Shown piece after piece: positions 31,401 to 41,114 of a DNA stretch of 64,000 nt (positions are counted from its first letter, which is position 1; the number at the start of each line of letters is the position of its first letter). The stretch lies in sequence record MT880872.1; one strand, given 5' to 3'. The DNA is from Staphylococcus phage PhiSepi-HH3. The notes beneath the pieces were generated by a model. That model was given only the letters and a program-made list of their open reading frames with translations, made no database searches and had not been told where the DNA came from. Both the position numbers and the translations under genes were made by a program.

Positions 31401-34400
31401 TGCAAATACAGATTTAAAATCGGAAAGTAAATTAGATTTAACAAAATCTTATAAAACTTTAGATACTAGCTTTAATGACTTTGTTAAATATATTGACGAA
31501 ATGACAATGGATAGAATTGCAGATGAGACTGAGAAAGTTAATTACAAAAAGAAATATGATACTTTACAAAAGAACTTATCAGATTATATGAAAAAATATG
31601 ATAACTGTATTTTGGAAATATCTAAAAAGTATTCTAATGACGCAGCAGATAAAGTGTTAGGTGACTTCACAGCTATTGCTACTGAATTACAAAATGATTT
31701 CCAAGATGTTAAAGACAATTGGGCTGAATTCAAGCAAACTACTCTTGAGTCATTTAAAGATGGTATAGTAACTGAGGCAGAAAAAGCTCGACTAAGAGTA
31801 CAATTAGATATGCTTGATCGTGAAAGCATAGATATTGAAGAACGATATAAAAGCTTACTTGCTAACCAATATACTAATACTGATATTAAAAATCGCTTAA
31901 CTGCTTCACGTTCTCCTTACTTATCAGTTCATGCTAGTTTAAGAAAAGTAATTGAACAAATAATTGCTGACGGAAAAGTTGATGAAAGTGAAAAAACATT
32001 AGCTAATAATTCACTTAATACATACAACACAACATTAACTGCTTATTCTAAAACAATTCAAGAAGCTCTAAATACATTATCACAAATCATCTCTTCTGAT
32101 GTAGCAAGTAAAAAAGTTGAAGAATTCAATGGTGTAATAACTACAATTTCTTCAGACGTTGATACAATCAAGAAACAAAGAGATGGTGCAGTAATCACTT
32201 ATTATTATAGCGGTGTACCTACATTATCTAACGATCCAGCTAAAAGTTGGACGACTAATGATTTAAAAGACTTACATATTAAAGATATGTATTTAGACAC
32301 TAAATCTGGTTATGCATATACTTTCACTAAATCTGGTACTAGTTATTCTTGGAAACCACTTACTGACCAAGTTATTGTTAGCTCATTGAAACAAGCAAAA
32401 AATGCACAAGACACAGCGGACAATAAACGTAGAGTTTTTGTAACTCAACCTATTCCTCCTTATGATCAAGGAGATATGTGGACTCAAGGTTCACAAGGAG
32501 ATATTTATGTCTGTGGAACTTCGAGAGCTACTGGCTCATTCGTAAGTAGCGACTGGGTTAAAGCGAGCAAATACACTGACGATACAGTAGCTAAACAGGC
32601 AGCAAAAGATTTAGAAGATTATAAAGTCAAAATGACTAAAGACTTCAAAGATTTAAATGACGGTGTATCTACTTTTAAAACTGAAGTGGTTAAAGATTTC
32701 AAAGATGGAATTGTAACTGAAGCTGAGAAAACTAGATTACGTGTTCAATTAGATATCTTAGATAGAGAAAGTCAAGATATCGAAGAAAGATATAATAGTA
32801 TCTTTAACAGTCAATATGCAGATACTCAAGTTAAAACTTCTATTTCTAACGCACGCTCTACTTATAATAACTCTCTTACTAAGTTAAGAAACACTATTCA
32901 AACCGTGATTGAAGATGGAAAAGTAACGCCTACTGAGAAAACTACTGCTAATCAAACTTTAACCGCATATAATAATGCTTTAACGAGTTATTCAGCTGCT
33001 ATCCAAGAAGCATTAAATAGCATGTCAAAAGTAATTGCTCAAAAAGAAGCTACTAGTCAAGTAAATCAATTCAATGAAGTTATCAAAAATATAAATACAA
33101 ATATTACTGATATTCAAAAACAAGTTGATGGTGCAATTGAAACTTTCTATTACAGTGGAGTACCAACACTTACTAATATCCCCGCTTCGTATTGGACAAC
33201 TGCTAGTAAACGTGAAGCTCATTTAGGTGATTTATATTTAGACACTGCTACTGGTGTTGCTTATCGTTTCTTAAAAAAAGGAACAACTTCCCCTACTTAC
33301 TATTGGTCTCCAATTTCTGATCAAATTATTACAGACGCATTGAATAGAGCAAAAACAGCTCAAGACACCGCCGATGGAAAAAGAAGAGTTTTTGTAAATA
33401 CACCTGTTCCACCATACGACACTGGTGACATGTGGACGCAAGGAGCTAGTGGTGACATCTTAGTTTGTAAAACACCTAAAGCTAAAGGTGGTATTTACTC
33501 AATAAGCGACTGGGTAAAAGCTAGTAAGTATACAGATGATACAGTAGCAAACAGTGCTGTTCAACAATTAAATGAATACAAACGCACTAATAATCTTGAT
33601 ATCGCAGACCTAAAGAGAAAAACTAGTGACTTCGAAAAAACAGTTGTAAATGCATTTGACGATAGAGTCATTAGTATTTCCGAGTCTTCATCTATTAAAG
33701 GACAACTTGCTCTACTTAATCACGAAAAAGATAGATTAACTAGACAATACGAAAATATAATCAGAAATTCTAATCTTGTTGGAGCAGAAAAAACTAAATT
33801 ATCTACTGCATATTCAAATATAAATACTAAGCTTAGTGATTTAAGTACAACTATTAATAGTGCAATTGTTGATAATAAAATTGTTGACGCTGAAAGTAAA
33901 TCTGTAACTTCAAAATTTGAATTGTATAAAGCTTCAGTTAATGAATATCAAATCGCTTTTGATAATGCTCTAAACTCAATTATTAGAGAAATCGCTTCTT
34001 CCCAAGCTAAAGATAGATTAGATGAATGGAAACGTACAGAATTTAGTACAGACTCAGACGGTATTATTGAAAGAGTAGCTGGTGCTAAGTTTGACTCAAA
34101 ATGGACTGATACTTGGAGAAATACAGTTAACCCAGCTATTCAACAAGTGAGTAATATAACATATGGAAGTGAAAACCTATTACTTAATAGCGAAAGTCGA
34201 AGTGACGGTGCTAATACCACGACTCACTCTTTTATAAGATACTACCTGACACGCCCTTTAGAAACAGGGAAAACTTATACTTTAAAAGCTAGTGTTTTAA
34301 CAACTGATGAAAGACAAAGTGGACAAATTAGTGTTTATCCATACTCCCCTAACGGAGCAAGAGAGACAGTAAATATTAAAGACGGTAAAATTACTTATAC

Positions 34401-36462
34401 ATTTACTGCACAAACTGAAAGTACACAATTTCTTATTTATAAAGACGTGGCTGGTCAATCTGATGTAGACTTAAATGTAACAATCGAGAAGGCTATTTTA
34501 GTCGAAGGAAATAAAGTTACAGGGTGGTCTCCAGCACCAGAGGAGACTTCTTCTGCTTTACGAGATTATAATACTCGTATCTCCTCAGCAGAAACATTCA
34601 TTGAGAAAAACAAAGAAAAGATTTCTCAAATTGCTACTAAATCTGATGTTGACGCTTCACTTAGTAAAGTAGCTACTTATGAAACTCAATATAATGTTTC
34701 TAGCGGAACTAACTATCAAATTCCTCTTCAAGAATACAATGGTTCATTCTTTACCGACAACTACACTTATGAAGTTGTAGCTAAAAATAACTCTTTAAGT
34801 TCTAACAACGTAGCAACTGCTATATTCGTAAGTAAAGGTTCAAACAATGGTTATGAATTGGTTGAATTAGACAACATGTCTAAAACTGGTGCTAACCCTA
34901 GATTTGTTTTAGACAGTAAAGGTAGACCTTCTATCTCTACTTTCTCCCCTCAATCTACTACTCAAGATATTTCAGTTATTTACACTAAATATTTAGGTAG
35001 TGCTTCAGCAATCAATACAACTAAATCATTGATTGAGCAAACTGCTAGTTCTATTGAATTACAAGTTAAGAAACTTACTGCTGAGACTGAATACAACAAC
35101 ATATTATTAAATTCAGACTTCTCTTCTGGCTGGGAAGGTTGGATAAATGTTGATCCTCAGTATAGTATTGTTGATAAAAATACTTTTGGTATCACTCTTC
35201 CTGACGCAATCACTAATAAAAATAAGAAATATAATACAGTTAAAATGACATACAATAAAAATACAAATTACCCTTCTGTATTTTCTAATTTTATTTCTGT
35301 TGGAAAAGGTCAAGAGGTAGCTATTGGTGAACATTTAACACTAACTTGTTATGCCTATATCCCTTCTTCATCTAAAGGTAAATTAACTGGTAACATATAT
35401 ATTGAATTCGCTGGTTACTATGAAAAAGACCAAAAATCAAACCCAATGATTGCTAGACATGAAATATTACCTAAAGATTTTGAATATAATAAATGGTTCA
35501 GAATGACAGCTAGTACTGCTATTCCTTCTACTAACTCTGAGGGTAAAAAAATCAATTATATTAGAGCTTGTTTACGTTATGACGGTAAAAATCAAAGCGT
35601 AAATAATAGTGCTATATTCTATTATGCGTTACCTCAATTAGAGCGTGGATCAAAACCAACCGAGTGGTCGTTATCAAGACTTGACGTATTTAGCACTGAA
35701 CAATTGGCAGCTAAGATTGCCTTAAACCCAGAGAGTGTGGATATTATCGCAAGAAATATTGATTTCAATACTGACTCAATGAAGATTTATAATTCTAACG
35801 GTACATTAAACATTTCTGGAGATACTTTAACAATTAGTAACAACAATAGTTCTAATGAAGTAATTATAAATCCAAAAGGTTTTACACTTAAAAAAGATGG
35901 TGTAGTTAAGTTTAAAAATGGACTAGACACAAGCGATTATAGTGTCCAAGCTTATGAACCACAGTTTAGTTCATGGAATAATATTAAAGCTACTGATCCC
36001 GCTGCTAAGAGTAAGTATAATTACATTCGACATATTGAGCCGGGGATGAATGGTTATTACACTATAAATACTGGTGTTTACAATTTTGCAGTACAACACA
36101 AACAACTATTAGAGGTAAATAATACAAAAAATGCGAGAGTTAACAGGTATACATATCTTTACAACAAAAGGTATTTAAAAATACAAATGTCTGCTTCTTC
36201 TCGAGGTAAAAGTAAGCTTTATATAATATTCAAGACAAAAACTGGAGATACTACACTCCATCAAGAAATAGTTAGTTCTAGTTCAATGGTATACCCAGAT
36301 ATAACAATTGACTTACAGGCTAAATTAGGTTATCCGCCTAACAATTTGCCAGACTTTTTTGAATTACAAGCTGGTATTGCCTATGGAGAAAATAATTCTA
36401 TTGATGGTTTCTTTAGAATTAGACGTATGGCAATGACAGATACACCAAATGCGGAGGTTTAA
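28417..36462 (+). CDS. giant tail-associated protein (Tal-like; 2681 aa) with an internal tandem duplication of about 300 aa
   Basis: Ribosome-binding site AAGGAGG. The N-terminal 400 aa resemble a prophage-tail domain. Two homologous units start DFKDGIVTEAEK.RLRVQLD.LDRES.DIEERY and end WVKASKYTDDTVA. The C-terminus is rich in beta-strand residues. Confidence 0.65.
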   Translation: MTLNNHFAYTFEERPTPKLWLCKPDGTRIERIADFSKLGGTFKFTNVNTLHFDLPLQVFSEDTKQIERNKVVDLVKNKYLIDYRYNGYRDIFVIDDIKKSANDSDFITLNLDSRASELNKKAANEIELLGSTIPQMMNKILSVYAPLWKLGHVDGKIIDVKRELTGSNTTVNALIDNICSLFDAVAIYNNINRTISFYHKDNVGTNRGLRVRENSYLKSFEDQFVSKDIVTRLYPFGQSGLTIQSVNPAGSSYIEDFSYFMSPFKRDNNRNVLQHSDYMSDELCHALLDYQEFYASKKDQAGELSKQYSAILKEHSQEDFRLNQLSATLQRLNERVELVKPKSEYIDLGTKVKNFKITVPKSSYYLIMIRNDGSFTRIKFNNKQYDIPSGEWLYIKLKTGKFNDATKFEKQLEYPLEILSANANLRVVYTRSSEGDYEEEDTKTIEEKYNLEKYKILVKDQEKVVASIERRLKAFEDQKASVIRSMNAKNFLSEKLYNERELYVFESVWTEENHTDAQELYDDAVKQMKEQKKINRTITVDLVNFIQSLDHKDDWDKLNVGDKVVFQNKIFNTKIKAYITEMQLDFQTNQVKITISDIFDYKDLDTIIAEKLAQTTSTSSQVDFHKQQIREQTGRITDMTRLIEGEWDANKKRVMAGNETVDIGSHGVKVISKENPNEFVIMVGGVIAMTRDNGETFKTGITPEGINAEMLIGKMIVGETLTFENESGTVKFDKDGLYVNSKNFHLVSNDGEEDYFDKLKREMSENAKQQTDRMLEEYKKEVSQTISEATDVRNIVDNAADILQAAFADGVITDVEKRLISETLAQLEKENREFEDKINLALNHPYITEEDTIELNNSIVEYSSMYETLVISINESVSDKMITPQESEEINQNIINFREEIKDILSLVEEIIERTKNAQLQATLEEAKDYTTRVRDDIKDELKDLNNSFKSLNSTVEESLQDNIFDAAELEAIKTVVLVTKSEYQDITNRYSSMSANTDLKSESKLDLTKSYKTLDTSFNDFVKYIDEMTMDRIADETEKVNYKKKYDTLQKNLSDYMKKYDNCILEISKKYSNDAADKVLGDFTAIATELQNDFQDVKDNWAEFKQTTLESFKDGIVTEAEKARLRVQLDMLDRESIDIEERYKSLLANQYTNTDIKNRLTASRSPYLSVHASLRKVIEQIIADGKVDESEKTLANNSLNTYNTTLTAYSKTIQEALNTLSQIISSDVASKKVEEFNGVITTISSDVDTIKKQRDGAVITYYYSGVPTLSNDPAKSWTTNDLKDLHIKDMYLDTKSGYAYTFTKSGTSYSWKPLTDQVIVSSLKQAKNAQDTADNKRRVFVTQPIPPYDQGDMWTQGSQGDIYVCGTSRATGSFVSSDWVKASKYTDDTVAKQAAKDLEDYKVKMTKDFKDLNDGVSTFKTEVVKDFKDGIVTEAEKTRLRVQLDILDRESQDIEERYNSIFNSQYADTQVKTSISNARSTYNNSLTKLRNTIQTVIEDGKVTPTEKTTANQTLTAYNNALTSYSAAIQEALNSMSKVIAQKEATSQVNQFNEVIKNINTNITDIQKQVDGAIETFYYSGVPTLTNIPASYWTTASKREAHLGDLYLDTATGVAYRFLKKGTTSPTYYWSPISDQIITDALNRAKTAQDTADGKRRVFVNTPVPPYDTGDMWTQGASGDILVCKTPKAKGGIYSISDWVKASKYTDDTVANSAVQQLNEYKRTNNLDIADLKRKTSDFEKTVVNAFDDRVISISESSSIKGQLALLNHEKDRLTRQYENIIRNSNLVGAEKTKLSTAYSNINTKLSDLSTTINSAIVDNKIVDAESKSVTSKFELYKASVNEYQIAFDNALNSIIREIASSQAKDRLDEWKRTEFSTDSDGIIERVAGAKFDSKWTDTWRNTVNPAIQQVSNITYGSENLLLNSESRSDGANTTTHSFIRYYLTRPLETGKTYTLKASVLTTDERQSGQISVYPYSPNGARETVNIKDGKITYTFTAQTESTQFLIYKDVAGQSDVDLNVTIEKAILVEGNKVTGWSPAPEETSSALRDYNTRISSAETFIEKNKEKISQIATKSDVDASLSKVATYETQYNVSSGTNYQIPLQEYNGSFFTDNYTYEVVAKNNSLSSNNVATAIFVSKGSNNGYELVELDNMSKTGANPRFVLDSKGRPSISTFSPQSTTQDISVIYTKYLGSASAINTTKSLIEQTASSIELQVKKLTAETEYNNILLNSDFSSGWEGWINVDPQYSIVDKNTFGITLPDAITNKNKKYNTVKMTYNKNTNYPSVFSNFISVGKGQEVAIGEHLTLTCYAYIPSSSKGKLTGNIYIEFAGYYEKDQKSNPMIARHEILPKDFEYNKWFRMTASTAIPSTNSEGKKINYIRACLRYDGKNQSVNNSAIFYYALPQLERGSKPTEWSLSRLDVFSTEQLAAKIALNPESVDIIARNIDFNTDSMKIYNSNGTLNISGDTLTISNNNSSNEVIINPKGFTLKKDGVVKFKNGLDTSDYSVQAYEPQFSSWNNIKATDPAAKSKYNYIRHIEPGMNGYYTINTGVYNFAVQHKQLLEVNNTKNARVNRYTYLYNKRYLKIQMSASSRGKSKLYIIFKTKTGDTTLHQEIVSSSSMVYPDITIDLQAKLGYPPNNLPDFFELQAGIAYGENNSIDGFFRIRRMAMTDTPNAEV

Positions 36463-36464
36463 AA

Positions 36465-36839
36465 ATGGAAATCATAAAAACTTATGACTCACTCATTAAC
36501 TTAGAAAATGGAGATTATTACACGGATCGCTATGTATTAGCTGTTCCATACACTTCTATTGGTGAGGATGGAAAAATATTCGGTGATTACTCTTTTGGCT
36601 CAACCTTTCACACGGTTGTTCCTTGTGCTACTTTAATTATTGACGAAAATACGCATAATCAATTAGAAAGTTTAAGACTTAAAATTATTGATGGCGTATA
36701 TAAATTAGTAGCACCAGATGGTTATAAATTCATAACTGTTGAAGAAAATGAAAGCGAAGAAGACCGTGAAATTCGTGAATTAGAAGAAATGTTAGCAAAA
36801 TTAAGATCGAAAAAAAGGAGTTTAAATAATAATGAATAA
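36465..36839 (+). CDS. hypothetical tail-associated protein (acidic C-terminus)
   Basis: ORF starting 3 nt after the stop codon of the giant tail protein gene. Confidence 0.3.
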   Translation: MEIIKTYDSLINLENGDYYTDRYVLAVPYTSIGEDGKIFGDYSFGSTFHTVVPCATLIIDENTHNQLESLRLKIIDGVYKLVAPDGYKFITVEENESEEDREIRELEEMLAKLRSKKRSLNNNE

Positions 36840-36999
36840 AAATGATTTAAATTTACAAATACAAAGATTACAAGCACAAAATGAGAAGTTATCAACTGTT
36901 GTTGGAAATCAAGCAAATTATATTGCTGAGCTTGAAGTGACGAATGAAATGTTGTTATCTCAAATTCAAAATAATGATGAACAAGAAGCTCAAGGTTAA
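36832..36999 (+). CDS. small coiled-coil protein (56 aa; XkdX-like position), not listed in the ORF track
   Basis: Translation: ATG 36832...MNKNDLNLQIQRLQAQNEKLSTVVGNQANYIAELEV...*. The ribosome-binding site AAAAAAGGAG lies upstream. It overlaps the stop codon of the upstream gene. Confidence 0.35.
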   Translation: MNKNDLNLQIQRLQAQNEKLSTVVGNQANYIAELEVTNEMLLSQIQNNDEQEAQG

Positions 37000-37040
37000 T
37001 ACCTTGAGTTTTCTTATGTAGAATACAAGGAGTGTTTTAA

Positions 37041-39710
37041 TTGTCATATTTTAATAATGTCTATACGTTAAAATTAGATATCAAGCAACAAAACCCTAAC
37101 CCAGTAATTCGTATTGTTCAATATGACTCAGCTGTTTTTAAAATAGAGTTATATGATAATGGACGAAAAATAGATATCAAAGATGGCGAGAGATTTACGG
37201 TTAGTGTAGAACATGAGGCTACTGGTGAAACTCATTCTGGTATCGCTAAATACGATGGTGAACAATTTGTTGTTTATGATTTAAGAAAAGCTGATATGAA
37301 AAATATTGGTACATATAGAGCAAGATTTGCCTCTTATAAAGATAGAAACCGTGTTTCTTCACTAATGTTCAGATATGAAGTTTATGAAGATTATGAAACT
37401 GTTGGAGACGCTAGTGAATTAACTATGCTCCAAGAACTATTCCAAGAAGTTGAAGAAGTTGGAAGAGTTACACAACGTCAAGGTGAATATGCTGAGGATC
37501 GTGGAGATTATGCTAATGCAGCTGGTGACTATGCAAACCGTGCTGGAGACTCTCAGATTATGAATTGGCTACCTTACGTTAAGACCTTAGCTGAAAGAAA
37601 TAAACTATATCCAAACCCGGAAAACGGCGATACTGTTTATGTTATTGATGAAAATAAAGTATTCAGGTATGACGGAATTGACGCATTAGACTGGGAAGCA
37701 ATTTCTGGATATGACACTTCAGTTATTCAAGACATTTATAATACTAAAGAAGATAAAACAGTTGTTGCTAAATTAAGAGAAGATTTAAATTCATTAACTA
37801 TTGGTGCTAGAAACTTACTCACAGGTACAGATTTCGAAAAACCTATGAATTTAAAATATACCTCACCTACCTTTACTTTCACTCAAAATAAATCAGACTC
37901 ATCTATGACATTAGCCCCTACTGATAAATACGTTTCAACTTCTGCTGTATACTTTGATTTAGAAAAAGAAGCTCTCGAAAATAATTTCTTTACCCTTTCA
38001 TTTAACGTAAAAGTATTAAGTGGTAGTGCTACACTCAAGTTTAAAGTTGGTGACGCTGCTTATTCTGAGCCTGTTACTGTAAAAGCTTCATCTAATTACC
38101 AACGTGTAGTATTAACTGCTTCAACTCAAGATTTAAAAACGAATAAAACTAACCTTTTATTGCAAACTACAAGTGCTATTGCCATTGAAAAAGAAAGCTT
38201 TAAAGCAGAAATCGGTAATAGAGCAACTACTTGGACACCTTCTTATCTAGATGTAAAAACAAAACTGGATGACTATGGTACTAGAATTAAAGGTTTAGAA
38301 GTTGAAATGAACACAAACGTAGTTAAGAAATCGGTCTATGAAGCTGATAAATCTAAAAATGAAGAGAAGCTCAGTAAGATTATACAAGACGCTAATAGTT
38401 TAACATCTATCGTTTCTAAGAAAGTTGATAAAGGTCAAGTTAAATCTATGATCAACCAAACTGCTGAACGTATCAAAATTAAAGCAAGTAATATTGATTT
38501 TGATGGAGTAGTTGTATTCAAAAACAGAAACAATAAGATTGATCCTAACGCTTTTGTAAGAATTAACGGTGGAGAATTAACTGCTAAAGGTTACTACCGA
38601 AGAGTATGGCGTGATGGTAAAGCTCGTAACCGTGTTCAAGTTGTTCAACTTACAGACGGAATGCTAAGAATTTCCGATCCAAAAGGTGACTTAGTTGACT
38701 CAACAAAAGATAGAGACTATCGCTATGATATTGATGTTAATGGTAAGAAAGTTTATAGTACAGTTCGTTCTCTTTACTATTCTTCAGATGGTGTCTCTAC
38801 TTACCGTGACGGTTCTGGTAAAGCATTTAATAAAGAAGGTAAAGTAGTTTCTTCTGGTACTATCGAATTCTTCTCACATGAATATTCTAGAAGTCGTGGT
38901 TTAACATTATATTCTGCTGGTGGTACAATTGGTTTACAAGCAGCTAACAATGCTATTCATATTGACGCAGCGGCTACTTTATATAATCGTTCAAGACAAG
39001 CTAATGTAATAATTCGACCTCATGAGAACGTTCGTAAAGGTATCAACGACTTCAAATTTGGTATTAGTGCTGATAATACAGGTAGACTTGTTTATGGTGA
39101 TGAAAGTAAACGTTTAGGTGTAGGACTTAGATTTTCTAAATCATCTAAAAACAAAGTAATTACAGGTATTGACTCAACTGGACGTGCTAGTTCAGATGTA
39201 CGTTTGGAAATTGGTGAAGTAAGAGCTAACAAAATTTTATCAAGAGATGGTAAGGAAACAGTTTACTTCAACAATGCTGGTAGTGGTAACTTAACTCAAT
39301 CAGCTACTTTACGTGCTGGCGGTATCAAAACTAATGCAACTAACTTCTATGTTGGTGTACGTGGTGAACTACGTGTTACTAATACTAGAGGTGCTAACTT
39401 TGGTAAAGGTATTGGTTACATGCCTGTAAGAGCAAGTAAATTTAACTCTGTATCTAGTAGAAAATATAAAACAAATATTAAAGATTTAGAAATTAATTCT
39501 TTAGATGTTTTGAATTCTACTGATATTAAACAATACAATCTTAAATCTGATTTAAATGACGGTATCGACAAAGTTAAATATGGTGTGATCCTTGAAGACT
39601 CTCATGACGCTTTAAAAGAAGGAGACGCAATTGACGTTTATACTATGACTTCTATCCTTTGGGATGTTGTTAAAAAGCAACAAAAAGAAATCGAGCAATT
39701 GAAAAAATAA
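37041..39710 (+). CDS. tail fibre / receptor-binding protein with BppU-like N-terminus and a C-terminal intramolecular-chaperone (peptidase S74-like) domain
   Basis: TTG start with the ribosome-binding site AAGGAG. The C-terminal roughly 120 aa (KYKTNIKDLEINSLDVLNSTDIKQYNL...LWDVVKKQQKEIEQLKK) look like the auto-cleaving chaperone domain of tail spikes. Confidence 0.5.
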   Translation: MSYFNNVYTLKLDIKQQNPNPVIRIVQYDSAVFKIELYDNGRKIDIKDGERFTVSVEHEATGETHSGIAKYDGEQFVVYDLRKADMKNIGTYRARFASYKDRNRVSSLMFRYEVYEDYETVGDASELTMLQELFQEVEEVGRVTQRQGEYAEDRGDYANAAGDYANRAGDSQIMNWLPYVKTLAERNKLYPNPENGDTVYVIDENKVFRYDGIDALDWEAISGYDTSVIQDIYNTKEDKTVVAKLREDLNSLTIGARNLLTGTDFEKPMNLKYTSPTFTFTQNKSDSSMTLAPTDKYVSTSAVYFDLEKEALENNFFTLSFNVKVLSGSATLKFKVGDAAYSEPVTVKASSNYQRVVLTASTQDLKTNKTNLLLQTTSAIAIEKESFKAEIGNRATTWTPSYLDVKTKLDDYGTRIKGLEVEMNTNVVKKSVYEADKSKNEEKLSKIIQDANSLTSIVSKKVDKGQVKSMINQTAERIKIKASNIDFDGVVVFKNRNNKIDPNAFVRINGGELTAKGYYRRVWRDGKARNRVQVVQLTDGMLRISDPKGDLVDSTKDRDYRYDIDVNGKKVYSTVRSLYYSSDGVSTYRDGSGKAFNKEGKVVSSGTIEFFSHEYSRSRGLTLYSAGGTIGLQAANNAIHIDAAATLYNRSRQANVIIRPHENVRKGINDFKFGISADNTGRLVYGDESKRLGVGLRFSKSSKNKVITGIDSTGRASSDVRLEIGEVRANKILSRDGKETVYFNNAGSGNLTQSATLRAGGIKTNATNFYVGVRGELRVTNTRGANFGKGIGYMPVRASKFNSVSSRKYKTNIKDLEINSLDVLNSTDIKQYNLKSDLNDGIDKVKYGVILEDSHDALKEGDAIDVYTMTSILWDVVKKQQKEIEQLKK

Positions 39711-39753
39711 TCTCTAAGGTGGCTATTTATTAGTCACCTATCTTCTTTATAAG

Positions 39754-40218
39754 GTGGTGATAACCATTAGAAAGCTAAATGAGTTAAGAGAACTTCTCAA
39801 GAAAAACTTATTACAGTTGAATATAGCCACAATTGGTTTTGACGTATTAATCATAAGTACAAGTATAATTGGTATGATCAAATCAATAGAATGGATCAAT
39901 AAGAACACTAGTGAATTAAAAAATGCTTCTGTATTCTACTATAATATCTCTGAAGTTGTTGATATACAGATAATGGGATGGTTGCTTTTAGTATCATGTT
40001 TAATATTATTAATTTCAGTATTCATTAGAACACCAAATGAATTCAGACTTATGATTTTAGGTGGCTTGGTATCAGGCTTAGTTTATTTTGCATTTGGCAT
40101 TCTTGCAGTGGATAACGCTTCTTTATACGCAACATATTACAATAATCTTATCAATGGATGGGTTCAAATATTAATAGCAGGAATGGGTGCAATTGGCATA
40201 TGGAAAACGAAAGTATAA
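39754..40218 (+). CDS. polytopic membrane protein (about 4 transmembrane segments) at the head of the lysis cassette; the start codon is uncertain
   Basis: The hydrophobic segments are IATIGFDVLIISTSIIGMI, WLLLVSCLILLISVFI, LMILGGLVSGLVYFAFGILAV and WVQILIAGMGAIGIW. Confidence 0.35.
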   Translation: MVITIRKLNELRELLKKNLLQLNIATIGFDVLIISTSIIGMIKSIEWINKNTSELKNASVFYYNISEVVDIQIMGWLLLVSCLILLISVFIRTPNEFRLMILGGLVSGLVYFAFGILAVDNASLYATYYNNLINGWVQILIAGMGAIGIWKTKV

Positions 40219-40712
40219 TCGAGGTGCAATTATCTGGTATTAAGGAAGATGTAACAAAACTACAAGAAGATCATGACAAAACAAAAGAGCGTCAAGATAA
40301 ACTTGACACCAAAATTGAAAAAACTTTAGATAAAATGCAAAAGTATCAAGATATGAACAATGAAAAGTTTTTACAGTTAAGTATAAACAATGCTCAAATG
40401 TTAGAGATGACTAAAAATGTAGAAAAAAATACTGAAAGAACTGCGGATATCATGGAGAAAATGGTTGAAGAAGATAAAGAAACAAAGGCTTCAATTGATA
40501 AAAAGTTTGCTGAAGTCGATGACGATATTAGTGACTTGAAATCAGAAATTCATACTAAAATCAATTCTATTGAGACTACTAGTATTAGTGAAGATGGAGA
40601 GTCGAGAATATCTGGTAAGACTTGGGGTACAATTTTGATTGCCCTTTTTGCACTTATGGAAACAATGATTAAGGTAGTAGCTCCCCTACTAGCTCCATTA
40701 ATCACAAAATAA
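40200..40712 (+). CDS. XhlA-like lysis-associated protein (coiled coil with a C-terminal transmembrane segment)
   Basis: Translation begins MENESIIEVQLSGIKEDVTKLQEDHDK. A heptad-like helical region is followed by the C-terminal transmembrane segment WGTILIALFALMETMIKVVAPLLAPLI. It sits directly upstream of the holin gene, as xhlA does in Bacillus PBSX. The start is uncertain (ATG at 40158 or 40200). Confidence 0.45.
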   Translation: MENESIIEVQLSGIKEDVTKLQEDHDKTKERQDKLDTKIEKTLDKMQKYQDMNNEKFLQLSINNAQMLEMTKNVEKNTERTADIMEKMVEEDKETKASIDKKFAEVDDDISDLKSEIHTKINSIETTSISEDGESRISGKTWGTILIALFALMETMIKVVAPLLAPLITK

Positions 40713-40733
40713 ATTTAAAGGAGATAAAATATA

Positions 40734-41063
40734 ATGATTAAACTTGATAAAGGATCACTTGTTAGAGGTGTTTTAGGTTTACTTGCTTTCTTAAACGTAG
40801 CTTTAGAATTGTCTGGTCATAACCCTATTCCTATTGATGAAGGTGCAATTAATACATTTATTACTCTAGCCTTCTTAGGTGTTACAACTATTCTTGGTTA
40901 TTATAAGAACTTCAATGTAACTCAAGAGGCACATGTTGCTCAAGCTAACTTAAACGCTTTGAAACAACAAAAGAAATACGCACAAAACACAGGTGGAGTA
41001 ATCTCAGCAGCTATGGCTAATGAAGATAGTCTTCCTAACAAACATTTAGATCAAACTATTTAA
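40734..41063 (+). CDS. holin (two transmembrane segments; XhlB/BhlB-like)
   Basis: 109 aa with the ribosome-binding site AAGGAGATAAA. The transmembrane segments are GVLGLLAFLNVALEL and FITLAFLGVTTILGYY, followed by a charged C-terminus. Confidence 0.6.
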   Translation: MIKLDKGSLVRGVLGLLAFLNVALELSGHNPIPIDEGAINTFITLAFLGVTTILGYYKNFNVTQEAHVAQANLNALKQQKKYAQNTGGVISAAMANEDSLPNKHLDQTI

Positions 41064-41114
41064 TCTAAGCCGAGTTATCTATTAACTCGGTTTTAATTAA
41101 TAAGGAGTGCAATA

